A stretch of DNA of 64,000 bases. Source: an uncultured Rickettsiales bacterium. GTDB taxonomy: Bacteria; Pseudomonadota; Alphaproteobacteria; Rickettsiales; CAZNNM01. The position numbers and the translations under genes are program-made. The stretch's first letter is position 1. Each line of letters starts with the position of its first letter. The stretch is from the NCBI GenBank assembly GCA_964574415.1, contig CAZNNM010000004.1, forward strand, positions 103,459-167,458. The letters run 5' to 3'. Positions 45,075 to 54,761 of the stretch are shown here, piece after piece. The notes beneath the pieces are model-generated. The model had not been told where the DNA came from. It searched no databases and saw only the letters and a program-made list of their open reading frames with translations.

Positions 45075-45230
45075 TTATATTCTACCCATTAACATCAGGA
45101 TAATCAGTATAATAAGCACGGTCCCTAAGCCACCAAAGGGGTAATAGCCCCAGTTTTTGCTATAAGGCCAGCTCGGAAATGCCCCAATAAGGAGCAAAAT
45201 CAGGATAACGAGTAAAATGGTCGAAAGCAT
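45075..45230 (-). CDS. DUF3309-like small membrane protein (51 aa, below the ORF-track cutoff)
   Basis: My translation is MLSTILLVILILLLIGAFPSWPYSKNWGYYPFGGLGTVLIILIILMLMGRI*. The FPSWPYSKNWGY...GGLG pattern fits that family. Confidence 0.6.
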   Translation of the reverse strand: MLSTILLVILILLLIGAFPSWPYSKNWGYYPFGGLGTVLIILIILMLMGRI

Positions 45231-45241
45231 AGTATCTCCTC

Positions 45242-45499
45242 CTAGTCATTGGGGTTGTCATGGGGAGCGTCAATATCTTCCACGGCATCATTGACGCTGT
45301 CTTTCAGGCGTTCGCCTGGGGTACGGTCTTCTAATTCACGCGCAGCTTTATCGGCGCCCTTTGGCAGCTCATGTATCGCATCGCCTATTTTTTCAGCGGC
45401 ATTGCGGTTATCAGGAGCATTGAGTACGAGATAGCCAACAATTGCAAGCACGGCAATGATGAGAATACCTAGGGTAACGTTAAGAGAGGATTTCTGCAT
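45242..45499 (-). CDS. Hypothetical small membrane-anchored protein
   Basis: 85-aa ORF with one N-terminal TM helix and an acidic tail, 11 nt upstream of the DUF3309-like ORF. Confidence 0.4.
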   Translation of the reverse strand: MQKSSLNVTLGILIIAVLAIVGYLVLNAPDNRNAAEKIGDAIHELPKGADKAARELEDRTPGERLKDSVNDAVEDIDAPHDNPND

Positions 45500-45676
45500 A
45501 TAAGCTCCTGTAGTGAAGATTGAAAATATACTTACAACTGTAGGGTGAATAATGGGTGGTGTCCAGTAAATTTTCTGTTAAGGGATTATATTTCCAGGAA
45601 ATAATGGGATAATTATGAATATATAGAGAGAAGGGTATAGAAAATTTATAAGTGGGGCTGGTTATGCAATACCTCG

Positions 45677-45913
45677 TGTCATTCACCGATCAAGTGGGTG
45701 TTGTTGGATGGCTCGCCGTCACTGCGAGGAGCGTTAGCGACGTGGCAGTCCATCTCTATGGTTTCTCAGTTCTTTAAAGCCTCCATGGATCGCCACGCTT
45801 ACGCTCGCGATGACGGTGGATATGTTGTCATACGCCGACTTGATCGGCGTATCCATCAAAAATATATAGCTTATTTTTTTAGGATGGATTCACCGATCAA
45901 GTCGGTGAATGAC
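45677..45913. repeat. Cluster of PE-5 hairpin modules interleaved with a PE-2 copy
   Basis: TGTCATTCACCGATCAAGTGGGTG (45677), TGTCATACGCCGACTTGATCGGCGTATCCATC (45826), GGATTCACCGATCAAGTCGGTGAATGAC (45886). Confidence 0.7.
45706..45814. repeat. PE-2 copy (opposite orientation)
   Basis: GGATGGCTCGCCGTCACTGCGAGGAGCGTTAGCGACGTGGCAGTCCAT ... CCATGGATCGCCACGCTTACGCTCGCGATGAC. Confidence 0.8.
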
Positions 45914-45968
45914 CGTATATATTTTTTCGTTCACGAAAATGTATATATGAGTAGATGACACGGTAAGT

Positions 45969-47798
45969 TTACAACAACGCTTCCAACGCCAAGCTTCTCG
46001 CTTGAGTATTCAACCCAATACTGCGCAATGAGAGAAGCGATTGGCGTAAGAGGTTGGTGTCGTAGCTTTCTGGCGTTTTGGTGCTGAGCAGTTTGAGCAC
46101 CAGTAACGCAATTTCTGCACTGCGCTTAGGGGCGTTGCTGTCTTCAGGAGAAAGTGTATGCAGACTATAGATAATCTTCCAATCCGCATCGTCTTTTTTA
46201 TCATCCGCACTATTAGCGGTATAAAGACGGGCAGACAGGTTACTGGTGGATGGGCGATAGCCTAGGCCTTCCATGATAGCGTTCATTTTACTAAGAATCG
46301 CATCGTTAGTCAGATCAATTTTCAGGCGGTTGCTCTGTTCATTGCTGGCCCACCATTGGTTTAAATCACTGCCATCGGCCAGCGCTAGCAAGAAGGAAAG
46401 ATAGGCAATGCTTTTGGTATTATTGCTGGAGGCAATCGCGCGGTTTTCTAGAAGAGAGAACCAGCTTCGCGCTTTGGCCTGATCGCCTGCGGCAGTATAG
46501 AGCTTCACGATATCGGGAATAAAATCGAGCGTTGTGCTATCCAGATTTTTGGGTGGTGTAGGGATTTTATCCTTTAAGATGGCATAAGCAATACTCGTCA
46601 GCCCATCTTTCTTAAATTGCATAAAGGCAAGCTGAACGGAGGCAATGTCGTTGGCTTTTTGATAGAGCGCTGCCCGTTGCAATGCGCCGGTTGCTTTTTC
46701 CTTGGGGGCTTCGGTTTCCTTATAGAGTTTAGCAAGGAAATCAGCGGGTAGCGCATGATAAAGATAGGCCTGCTCTGCCGCTTGAAGGCGTAACTCGCCC
46801 TCCAACTGAGGGTGATGAGCCAGAGTTGCAAGGATGAGCGGGTGTAAGCTATTCAGCGTCGCATTCTTCGGCAGCGCAGCACCGGATTCTACCAGCATAA
46901 CTGCATCCAGCGCTGAAAGTGGCGTTGGGAAGGAGATGGCGGTAGATGTGGTTTTGATATCTTTCCGTAAGATTGCATCAATGGCCGAGTTAATATACGG
47001 CAATGTATCAGGATATTCATCCTGCAACAGGCTGAGTGCAAATTGTGCTTTATCGGATTGGTTAGTCACCGCAAAGCAAAATATCTGCGCCCGTTGCCAG
47101 AAGGCAGAGGCTTTGCTGCTATTAGCATCCATATAAGCCGCTACAGCATCACAAGCATCTTTATAAGGGGATGTGTTGCTTAAGAAGGCAAGTTCGGTGC
47201 GATGTTGGGTGATAGAGTTGCTACGTGCATTAGCCGGAAGCCGGTCATATAACGTGCCAAAGGCTGCGCGATCCCCCATCTTATACAGTGCCTTCAGGCG
47301 CAAATCATTCAAGCCCTCGCCTTTACCGCTCGGCGGTGTAGCAGAGGCGAGGAGGATATCTTCTTGCAGTTTATACAATGTCGAAGAATAGATACGGCCT
47401 GAGAGTGAGGATAGCAACAATGTTGCTGCCTGATATGGTGTATCAGCCCACATAGTGGAGCTAAAATTCGCAGAAGAAGTGCCTATAGTATCAGGAGAGG
47501 GTGGTTCTACAGGCTGTGCGGTAACCGCCGGAGGTGCGCTGATAATGGCCGCAGGGGCTTCATCAATAGCGGATTGTGGTTTTGCTGAAGGTAAGGCCGG
47601 CGGTAGCGCAGGGGCAGGCTGGGTTTCAATAACGCCAGGTTGATTGCCCATAGTGGTACCTGGCTGCACAAATTCTTCTTCAGACTGAAAAGCCTCAGGC
47701 GTAGCCTCAAGCACAATAGGCCCAGCAGCATAGGCGCTGGTGGTGAGTAATGTGGTAATAAGAAGTGCAGAACCCTTAATTAAACCGCGCATTATCAA
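45969..47798 (-). CDS. Hypothetical secreted/periplasmic protein with Pro/Ala-rich N-region
   Basis: Signal-like N-terminus (LLITTLLTTSAYAAGP). 609 aa, helical-repeat-like composition, no motif recognised. Confidence 0.5.
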   Translation of the reverse strand: MIMRGLIKGSALLITTLLTTSAYAAGPIVLEATPEAFQSEEEFVQPGTTMGNQPGVIETQPAPALPPALPSAKPQSAIDEAPAAIISAPPAVTAQPVEPPSPDTIGTSSANFSSTMWADTPYQAATLLLSSLSGRIYSSTLYKLQEDILLASATPPSGKGEGLNDLRLKALYKMGDRAAFGTLYDRLPANARSNSITQHRTELAFLSNTSPYKDACDAVAAYMDANSSKASAFWQRAQIFCFAVTNQSDKAQFALSLLQDEYPDTLPYINSAIDAILRKDIKTTSTAISFPTPLSALDAVMLVESGAALPKNATLNSLHPLILATLAHHPQLEGELRLQAAEQAYLYHALPADFLAKLYKETEAPKEKATGALQRAALYQKANDIASVQLAFMQFKKDGLTSIAYAILKDKIPTPPKNLDSTTLDFIPDIVKLYTAAGDQAKARSWFSLLENRAIASSNNTKSIAYLSFLLALADGSDLNQWWASNEQSNRLKIDLTNDAILSKMNAIMEGLGYRPSTSNLSARLYTANSADDKKDDADWKIIYSLHTLSPEDSNAPKRSAEIALLVLKLLSTKTPESYDTNLLRQSLLSLRSIGLNTQARSLALEALL

Positions 47799-47934
47799 TA
47801 ACTTTCACAATTTCCTCTGTGGCTGGCTGAGCGCCTTGAGATACGGCGATTACTAGAATAATCACTGCTAAAATACCCACGCCAATAAATATTGGTAAAC
47901 GGCTCTTGCCTTGGTTGCGAGCAGATCTGCGCAT
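47776..47934 (-). CDS. Possible small single-TM protein (internal Met of the 109-aa track ORF)
   Basis: MRRSARNQGKSRLPIFIGVGILAVIILVIAV... is a basic N-terminus plus one TM helix. Overlaps the downstream gene start by 23 nt. Confidence 0.3.
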   Translation of the reverse strand: MRRSARNQGKSRLPIFIGVGILAVIILVIAVSQGAQPATEEIVKVIDNARFN

Positions 47935-48087
47935 AATCTTTTCCTTATAGATTAGTTTTTGTTGAGAGAGTAGCGCTTTCTGATTATGCTGGCAAGAGTT
48001 GTTATAGAATAGACGTCCACAGAAAGTGAGTTTTTGTGGATGTCTAGGCTGTGTCGCCATTCGTCTTTTGCAGCTGCATGAAGACAA

Positions 48088-48675
48088 ATGCCGGCACAAC
48101 CTCATAAAAGGAATGAACCAATGGGAGTATTACTTCCCCAAAGTATAGTATTAGTAGGTCTGATGGGATGTGGTAAAACATCCGTTGGTATGCGTTTGGC
48201 AAAACGCCTAGGGCTGCCATTTAAAGATACAGACCATGAAATTGAAGTGCAGGTTGGCTGTAGCATCTCCATGTTATTCGAGGTGCAAGGTGAAGATTAT
48301 TTTCGCAAACGCGAATTGGAAGTGATCGAGCAACTGCTGGCGGGTACGCCTTGTATCATTGCAACAGGCGGTGGAGCGTTTATTCAAGAGCCGGTGCGCA
48401 CACTGGTGAAAGAAAAGGCGCTATCCGTATGGTTGCGTGCGGAATTGGATGTATTGCTTGAGCGCGTCTCCCGCAAACGCAACCGTCCGTTATTAGAGCG
48501 TGGCGATAAAGCAGATATACTGCGCCAGTTAATGGAAGTACGTTATCCTATTTATGCCGAAGCGGATGTGACGGTAGATAGCAATCCTGGCCCACATATT
48601 GCGGTGGTAGACCAAATTATAGAGACATTAAAGCTTCGTTATCCGGGGCTGGATATAACAGAGAGTGTAGAATAA
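48088..48675 (+). CDS. aroK: Shikimate kinase (start may be the Met at 48121)
   Basis: Walker A LVGLMGCGKTSVG, DTD motif (FKDTDHEIE), GGGA motif. Confidence 0.9.
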   Translation: MPAQPHKRNEPMGVLLPQSIVLVGLMGCGKTSVGMRLAKRLGLPFKDTDHEIEVQVGCSISMLFEVQGEDYFRKRELEVIEQLLAGTPCIIATGGGAFIQEPVRTLVKEKALSVWLRAELDVLLERVSRKRNRPLLERGDKADILRQLMEVRYPIYAEADVTVDSNPGPHIAVVDQIIETLKLRYPGLDITESVE

Positions 48676-49793
48676 TGACCGTATCAACCGAAACCCTTCG
48701 TGTAGAATTGGGCGAGCGAAGCTATGATATTATTATGGGCGAACATTTGTTAGAGCGGCTGGGTGAATATGTTGCTGCCTTATCGCCGAAGAGTCAGGTA
48801 TTCGTCATTACCGATCACACTGTGGCGGAGCATCATTTAAGCGCAGTAGAGTTATCCCTGCAAGCGTCCAGCATTAAATACGAAGCCATCATCCTCCCGC
48901 CAGGTGAGCAGACAAAAAGTTTTGCAGTATTGGAGTCATTGCTGAGTGAAATTCTAAAGCGCAAACCAGAGCGGAATACATTGCTCGTAGCGCTCGGCGG
49001 CGGTGTGATTGGTGATTTAACAGGCTTTGCAGCAAGCATCCTCTTACGTGGCGTGCCATTCCTGCAAATCCCTACCACCTTGCTTGCGCAGGTGGATAGT
49101 TCTGTTGGCGGTAAGACGGGGATTAATAGCAGCTATGGCAAAAACCTGATCGGAAGCTTCTATCAGCCTTGCGCTGTGCTGGCGGATGGCATTGTGTTCA
49201 ATACATTGCCGCAACGTGAATATCTGGCCGGCTATGCGGAGGTGGCAAAATATGGGCTGATCAATAATCTTGAATTCTTTGAATGGCTAGAAGCCAATGA
49301 GCAGGCGATTCGTGATCGTGATAATGCGGCTATTCGTCATTGTGTACGCACAAGTTGCCAGGCAAAAGCGGATATTGTAAGCCAAGATGAACGAGAGGGT
49401 GGGGTGCGTGCGCTCCTCAATCTCGGCCATACATTCGGCCATGCATTTGAGGTGGAAACCGGCTATACCGATGCACTCCTGCATGGTGAAGGTGTGGCGA
49501 TTGGTATGGTGCTTGCCTTTGCACTTTCGGCGCAATTGGGTCTATGTCCGCAAGGTGATTATGATCGCGTAGTGGCGCATTTAAAAGCCGTAGGCCTGCC
49601 AACATCACCACTCGATATACGCCCTGATTGGGATATAGACCGTCTGATTTCAGCTATGTATCAAGACAAAAAAGTTCAATCTGGGAAACTTGTTTTCATC
49701 CTCGCACGCGGAATTGGTAAATCCTATATCGCAAAAGATATTGATGAACAAGAGGTTAGAGTGGTGTTGGCTAGGCTGTTAGAGGTTGAGTAA
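48675..49793 (+). CDS. aroB: 3-dehydroquinate synthase
   Basis: LGGGVIGDLTGFAA, PTTLLAQVDSSVGGKTGIN and NLGHTFGHA motifs. Overlaps the aroK stop. Confidence 0.92.
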   Translation: MTVSTETLRVELGERSYDIIMGEHLLERLGEYVAALSPKSQVFVITDHTVAEHHLSAVELSLQASSIKYEAIILPPGEQTKSFAVLESLLSEILKRKPERNTLLVALGGGVIGDLTGFAASILLRGVPFLQIPTTLLAQVDSSVGGKTGINSSYGKNLIGSFYQPCAVLADGIVFNTLPQREYLAGYAEVAKYGLINNLEFFEWLEANEQAIRDRDNAAIRHCVRTSCQAKADIVSQDEREGGVRALLNLGHTFGHAFEVETGYTDALLHGEGVAIGMVLAFALSAQLGLCPQGDYDRVVAHLKAVGLPTSPLDIRPDWDIDRLISAMYQDKKVQSGKLVFILARGIGKSYIAKDIDEQEVRVVLARLLEVE

Positions 49794-49917
49794 ATGCTTT
49801 ACAAAATGGGGGAAGGGCGTTATAGTCATAGATAGAGAGGAACGGTTTCCCGTCCCCCTCGTTGTGTTAAAGGAAATGTTGTACTAACTCAATGAGTTCG
49901 TTCAACACTCCCAATAA

Positions 49918-49952
49918 CAGCAAGGCTATTTCGAGTAGCCTTGCTGTTTTTT
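49918..49952 (+). terminator. Strong rho-independent terminator 125 nt downstream of aroB
   Basis: Perfect 11-bp stem CAGCAAGGCTA / TAGCCTTGCTG, 7-nt loop, followed by TTTTTT. Confidence 0.65.
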
Positions 49953-50119
49953 CAAGAGCATCTCTTTTCATTGGAATCTCCTTAGAAAAGTTAAACACTC
50001 CTGCGTCAGCAGGCTATGAGCCTTTGCTTATGTGCCTGCTTTCGCAGGTGGCTTATGCTTTATGCATAAGTTGAGTTATTTATGGAAATAATATGATGTG
50101 TGTCTATAATAAATATACA

Positions 50120-51106
50120 TCAATGCACATATTCTTCCCCAATGCTTTTGGCGTGTTTTTCGATGATGGCGAGGAGGGATTTGGTGGGGATGGGTTTGGT
50201 GTGGTATTCGTTCATACCGGCATATAGCCAGCGTTTATTTTCTTTGCCGCTTGGTTCCTGGCCGATGCCGATGATAATGCGGTAATGCTCTGCCATGCGG
50301 TCGTAATTGCGGATGCGGTAGGAGAGGTAATACCCATCTTGGCCAGGTAATTCGCAGTCGATCAGCACAATATGTGGGTTTTCTTCGCGGATGATATCAA
50401 CTGCATCTTGGCAGGTGCTGGCGAGGGTGAGATTATAGCCTAGATCAGCCGCTGCTTGTGTGAGTGTATGGCAATTGGCTTCAAAGCGGTCAACAAATAG
50501 GATGCGGATATGGGAATAATCAGGCTTCTCAGCAGGTGGATTGGATTTGGTTTGAAGAGGTAGAGGCTTCTCCACAGTAAGCAACGGGCGTTGTTCATTG
50601 ATGGAGTGGACAAGCTGTTGCATATCCTTTTCGCGCTGGTCGAGATAGCGCCTTATATAATAATCCAACCGGTCTTTACGCACGGGTTTTAGCACGTATC
50701 CGCTAGCGCCATAATTCATCGCTTCGGTGACATCTTCTTTGCGCGAGCTGCCGGTTAGCATCACGATAAAGGCGTGTTTATCGAGAGAGATAATATGTTG
50801 CAAAAACTCAAAACCATTACCATCGGGAAGATCGATATCCAGGAATGTAATATCGGGCAAATGGCGTTCATACATAATAATCCCATCTTCAATCGTGCGT
50901 GCGAAGATGCATTCGTGATGTGGCAAAGCATGTTTGACGACACGGCTAAAAACGGAATGGTCTTCGACCACTAGGATAAGCAGGCGTTCTTTCGGTGTGG
51001 TGGGAAGTGGAGGTGGAGTAGGGAAGCTCTTCATGCTTGCTCCTTTGGTGTCATAGGGAATGTGAAATAAAACCGGCTGCCTTCGCCCGGTGCGGAATCG
51101 ACCCAC
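50120..51106 (-). CDS. Response regulator with two receiver (REC) domains and no output domain (likely start at MKSFPT..., about 51034)
   Basis: REC1: LILVVEDH...FLDIDLPDGNG...MLTG...LKP. REC2: ILFVDR...VLIDCELPGQDG...HTKP. Confidence 0.75.
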   Translation of the reverse strand: MGRFRTGRRQPVLFHIPYDTKGASMKSFPTPPPLPTTPKERLLILVVEDHSVFSRVVKHALPHHECIFARTIEDGIIMYERHLPDITFLDIDLPDGNGFEFLQHIISLDKHAFIVMLTGSSRKEDVTEAMNYGASGYVLKPVRKDRLDYYIRRYLDQREKDMQQLVHSINEQRPLLTVEKPLPLQTKSNPPAEKPDYSHIRILFVDRFEANCHTLTQAAADLGYNLTLASTCQDAVDIIREENPHIVLIDCELPGQDGYYLSYRIRNYDRMAEHYRIIIGIGQEPSGKENKRWLYAGMNEYHTKPIPTKSLLAIIEKHAKSIGEEYVH

Positions 51107-51804
51107 ATATTACCACCATGAATCTCAACTATCTTACGTGCAAGCGCAAGGCCTGCACCGCAGCCTGGGATGTTTTCTGGGGTTTCGGGGCGTTGGAAGA
51201 GTAGGAAAATGATTTCCTGGTACTCTTCGCTAATACCGATGCCATTATCCTGCAAACAAAATTCCCATTGCGGCGCAGGTTGACCTGGGAGGTGTTTTTC
51301 TTCGGCACTAAGATGAATGAGCGTTGCTTTGGCAGCAGGATCACGGAAGGTGAGGGCGTTGTCTAAGATATAGCAGAAAAGGCGCTCTAGACGTGATTTA
51401 TTAGCTGTGATAGTAGGCAATGAGCCTTCGGTGATATGGGCGTTAGTGTGTTTAATCGCATCGCGATATTTCGTTTTTACCTCTTGCCAGACATGAGTAC
51501 AGTCAACCGTTTCAGCCTTGGCGTGATAGGTTTCCAAGCGAATATATTCGAGTACGGCCTGGAGCATTTTTTGCATATGCACGGTTTCTTCTGCGATTTT
51601 CCATAAGGAAGTTTGGCAGGAAGGAGGAAGGGAGGGGAATGCTTTTTCTAGCACATCCATATGCTGTTGGATAACCCGTATCGGCGTTTGCAAATCATGG
51701 GACATAATATAGCCCATCAACTCCATATCCTCTTCCAACCGGCGCGAAGTGGGGAGTAAGGGTGCATTCGCAGTACTAGGTGCAGAAAGAGATTGCTTCG
51801 CCAT
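51031..51804 (-). CDS. Soluble sensor-less histidine kinase (HisKA + HATPase only)
   Basis: H-box MSHDLQTPIRVI about 35 aa from the N-terminus. N and G boxes (DNALTF; GAGLGLALARKIVEIHGG). No TM or sensor domain. Confidence 0.8.
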   Translation of the reverse strand: MAKQSLSAPSTANAPLLPTSRRLEEDMELMGYIMSHDLQTPIRVIQQHMDVLEKAFPSLPPSCQTSLWKIAEETVHMQKMLQAVLEYIRLETYHAKAETVDCTHVWQEVKTKYRDAIKHTNAHITEGSLPTITANKSRLERLFCYILDNALTFRDPAAKATLIHLSAEEKHLPGQPAPQWEFCLQDNGIGISEEYQEIIFLLFQRPETPENIPGCGAGLALARKIVEIHGGNMWVDSAPGEGSRFYFTFPMTPKEQA

Positions 51805-51965
51805 ATGCCCTCTATAATGGTTATTTAATGGAAATAACTATACTTATAGTTGTATATGGGTTTGTTTAAGGATTGGTTAATAGTGTGGTGGGGTTATGTG
51901 TTTTTCTCTGTCCTTTCAGTAACGCATGGATCGCTTCGCTACGCTCGCGATGACGAATAGTGCTT

Positions 51966-52074
51966 TGTCATTCTTGGACTTGATCCAAGAATCCATCTAA
52001 AATATAAAGCCCTTCTAAGCAGCATTCTTGCCTTAATATGAGGATGGATCCTTGGATCAAGTCCAAGGATGACA
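51966..52074. repeat. PE-4 copy
   Basis: TGTCATTCTTGGACTTGATCCAAGAATCCATC ... GGATGGATCCTTGGATCAAGTCCAAGGATGACAG. The internal segment is the reverse complement of the 5425 copy. Confidence 0.85.
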
Positions 52075-52130
52075 GTGCTAATATTTTTATGCAAAGAAAT
52101 ATAAATAGGAGTAGATGACGAGTATGGTTT

Positions 52131-52167
52131 TGTCATTCCGGGCTTGACCCGGAATCCACTGTTATGG
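52131..52167. repeat. PE-3 half copy
   Basis: TGTCATTCCGGGCTTGACCCGGAATCCACTGTTATGG only. Confidence 0.65.
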
Positions 52168-52227
52168 CGGCGTGATTTTTAAGAATAAGTTGCTTCGTTA
52201 AAGCGCATGATAACTATCAGTAAGAAT

Positions 52228-53985
52228 TTAAGATGTAGCTTCTCTCCGCAGCACAAAACGTAACGGGCTTACCGTATCAACCAGCTTTTGTGTGAGTGGC
52301 AATGGCTCTCCAGTGATCTGACAGGCTAAAAGTTCGGCGCCAATGGGGGTGGAGATAATGCCGCGTGAGCCATGGCCGAGGGAGGTGTATAGCCCATTAC
52401 CTAACGCCCCAATCATCGGGCGGCGGTCAGGGCAGGTGGCGCGGAAGCTTACACGGCCGCCAGTGATAGCAGAGTTTGGGAAAGATATATAGGATTGTAG
52501 ACGGGCGATATTGGCATGGTGATCTTCTTCGCGTAGAGCGGATTCCGTATCATCCGGCTGGAAGGTAGACCCCGTGCAATGTATGCCATCACGGGCAGGG
52601 ATGATATAGCCATCACCACATATAACAGCCTTTAATGCCGTGCTTTTGGCAGTGCTGCGCATATAGCTAAGCTGGCCACGAATGCTGCGTAACGGCAGGG
52701 TTGCTGTGGTGGCGAATGATTTCGCTTCCAACGCATTAGCCATAATCAATATGGGTGCCTGAAACTGATCATTCACATGCCATTCACCATCGTGATGGGT
52801 GATGGAGAGGGCTTCGGTGTGATAGTGAATGCGGATGGATGCTTTGCGGGCTTGTAACATACATATATGCGGAGGCTCAACCCATCCACCGTGTGAGAAC
52901 CATAGGCCGGCTTGGGTGAGGAGAATTCCGGTGTGATCTGACGCTTCTTCAGCGCTAATAGCACACACTATGCCTGCATGAATGGCGGGGTGATCGGGTT
53001 GGGTGTGATGGGAATAAAAAACCCCTGTCTGCGCCCAACGGAGTTCGGGAAAGTGATGGAAATAATGCAGGGCATAGTTATAGGCGGCCAAATAGAACTG
53101 CCCCACCGGATCTTTCGGCCCTGCAAGCAATGGCATGATAACACCGGCAGGATTGCCGGAGGCTTCCTGCGCAAGGGCTGGATGGCGTTCGAGAAGTGTT
53201 ACATCCCAACCGCGCCGTGCTAGCGCATAAGCGCTGGACGTGCCAGCCAGGCCGCCGCCGATGATGATGGCGCGTTTATCGGTGAGACGTGGTGTTGAAA
53301 TGGGATGTTCATAACATCCCGTCAACATCTCTCGCTTCCGCCCAAAGCCGGGTTGTTTGGTCAGCGTAAACCCAGCCGAGGCCAGGCCGCGCTTGACAAT
53401 GCCTGCGGCGCTAAAGGTTGCCAGTGTTGTGCCAGCATGGCTTAAACGGGCGATGTGCTGGCAGACGGTTTCAGACCACATATCAGGATTACATTTGGGT
53501 GCAAAACCATCCAAAAACCAGGCATCGGCAGAGGCATGGAGCTGTGGTAATATCTCCTGAATATCCCCAAGCGCCAAAGTCAGCATCACACGGCCTTCGT
53601 CTAAAAGAATGCGGTGCAGACCAGGCAATAGGGGCGGATAGGCTTTCAGCACCTCTTGTGCCATAGGATTGTCACCATGAATACGGGCGAAATCAGTGGG
53701 TGAGAGCGGGTATTTCTCGATGGAAACAAAATGCAATCGTGCCTGCTGAGGAGCTGTTTTGCGCCATAATTCCCAGGTGGTGAAGAAGTTGAGGCCGGTG
53801 CCGAAACCGGTTTCAATAATGGTGAAACAGTCCTTATCTTGCCAGGCTTCTGGCAGATTATTACCGCGCAGAAACACATATTCTGTCTCGGCCTTGCCGT
53901 GCTCTGGCGAAAAATAAATATCCCCAAACAGCGCCGAGCGCGGTTCATTGGCGGTAGACCAGTCTAAGGTGGCGTAGTGGAGCAT
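52228..53985 (-). CDS. mnmC: Bifunctional tRNA mnm5s2U34 methyltransferase / FAD-dependent cmnm5s2U34 oxidoreductase
   Basis: N-terminal DWS...PRSALFGDIYFS...ETGFGTGLNF (MnmC MTase) followed by IIGGGLAGTSSAYALARRG (DAO-type FAD domain). Confidence 0.88.
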   Translation of the reverse strand: MLHYATLDWSTANEPRSALFGDIYFSPEHGKAETEYVFLRGNNLPEAWQDKDCFTIIETGFGTGLNFFTTWELWRKTAPQQARLHFVSIEKYPLSPTDFARIHGDNPMAQEVLKAYPPLLPGLHRILLDEGRVMLTLALGDIQEILPQLHASADAWFLDGFAPKCNPDMWSETVCQHIARLSHAGTTLATFSAAGIVKRGLASAGFTLTKQPGFGRKREMLTGCYEHPISTPRLTDKRAIIIGGGLAGTSSAYALARRGWDVTLLERHPALAQEASGNPAGVIMPLLAGPKDPVGQFYLAAYNYALHYFHHFPELRWAQTGVFYSHHTQPDHPAIHAGIVCAISAEEASDHTGILLTQAGLWFSHGGWVEPPHICMLQARKASIRIHYHTEALSITHHDGEWHVNDQFQAPILIMANALEAKSFATTATLPLRSIRGQLSYMRSTAKSTALKAVICGDGYIIPARDGIHCTGSTFQPDDTESALREEDHHANIARLQSYISFPNSAITGGRVSFRATCPDRRPMIGALGNGLYTSLGHGSRGIISTPIGAELLACQITGEPLPLTQKLVDTVSPLRFVLRREATS

Positions 53986-54115
53986 AGGCCTGTTGCATGG
54001 GTGAAGATTGGTAGGGTAAGTGAAGTTAACCTATGCGGAAATGAGGTTCAAGGGGAGAGTGTGCCGTGGGATTGCCATCCTTGGATCACGTTGGCGTTGT
54101 TGGATGGCTCTCTTT

Positions 54116-54224
54116 TGTCATTCCAGGCTTGACCCGGAATCCACCAAGACTGGCGCTTTCACCTAGATTCTTCTACATTACGCCCCCATAAAAGTGGATC
54201 CCGGATCACGTCCGGGATGACAAT
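54116..54224. repeat. PE-3 copy (inverted relative to 43582), followed by an extra half arm at ~54255-54279
   Basis: TGTCATTCCAGGCTTGACCCGGAATCCACCAAGACTGG ... CATAAAAGTGGATCCCGGATCACGTCCGGGATGACAAT. The internal region is the reverse complement of the 43582 copy. Confidence 0.8.
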
Positions 54225-54285
54225 TATCAGTAGCTTAGGTAGCTATGCAACAACGCCGGGTCAAGCCTGGAATGACAAGTTTATC

Positions 54286-54738
54286 TTACAAGGGTGGAGT
54301 TGAAGAGGTGTCGGTTTGTGTCGTAGCCTCTTGTGCATAAGATGCATTGCGTTTTAACGTTTGACGTTTTACTGCTGTGGTGGTTGGTAAAACTTTCAGG
54401 CTGTTTTGATGTGTGAGTTTTTTCTCTTGAGGTTCTGGTGTTAAATGCAGAGTGAGGAATTCCATAAGAATATTTTGAACTTTAGAATAACCCACATTGT
54501 CTGAAGGAGTTTCAACCAAATGCTTATTATATTCAAGATGGTTTAATACACGTCGTGTAGTATCTGGGTTGATATCATCAGCGGATGTAAGATTATAATT
54601 TTTAAGCACAAAATTAACAGCATCGACAAAGGCGCGTCTATTCTCAAGGTCGCTTTTTAGCCCTTCTCCTGAAAAAAGCGCAATATGTTCACTGGTTGCA
54701 ATAATGGATTTAATAAGGTCTCTTTTGTGTTTTGACAT
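54286..54738 (-). CDS. Hypothetical protein (orphan)
   Basis: 150-aa AT-rich ORF with an S/T-rich tail. No motif recognised. Confidence 0.35.
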   Translation of the reverse strand: MSKHKRDLIKSIIATSEHIALFSGEGLKSDLENRRAFVDAVNFVLKNYNLTSADDINPDTTRRVLNHLEYNKHLVETPSDNVGYSKVQNILMEFLTLHLTPEPQEKKLTHQNSLKVLPTTTAVKRQTLKRNASYAQEATTQTDTSSTPPL

Positions 54739-54761
54739 AATAGTCTCCTATTGGTTTTTAA

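Noticed and set aside
49892-50074. 60-aa ORF downstream of aroB
   Set aside because: It reads straight through a perfect terminator hairpin and T-tract, has no RBS, and has serine/leucine-rich junk composition.
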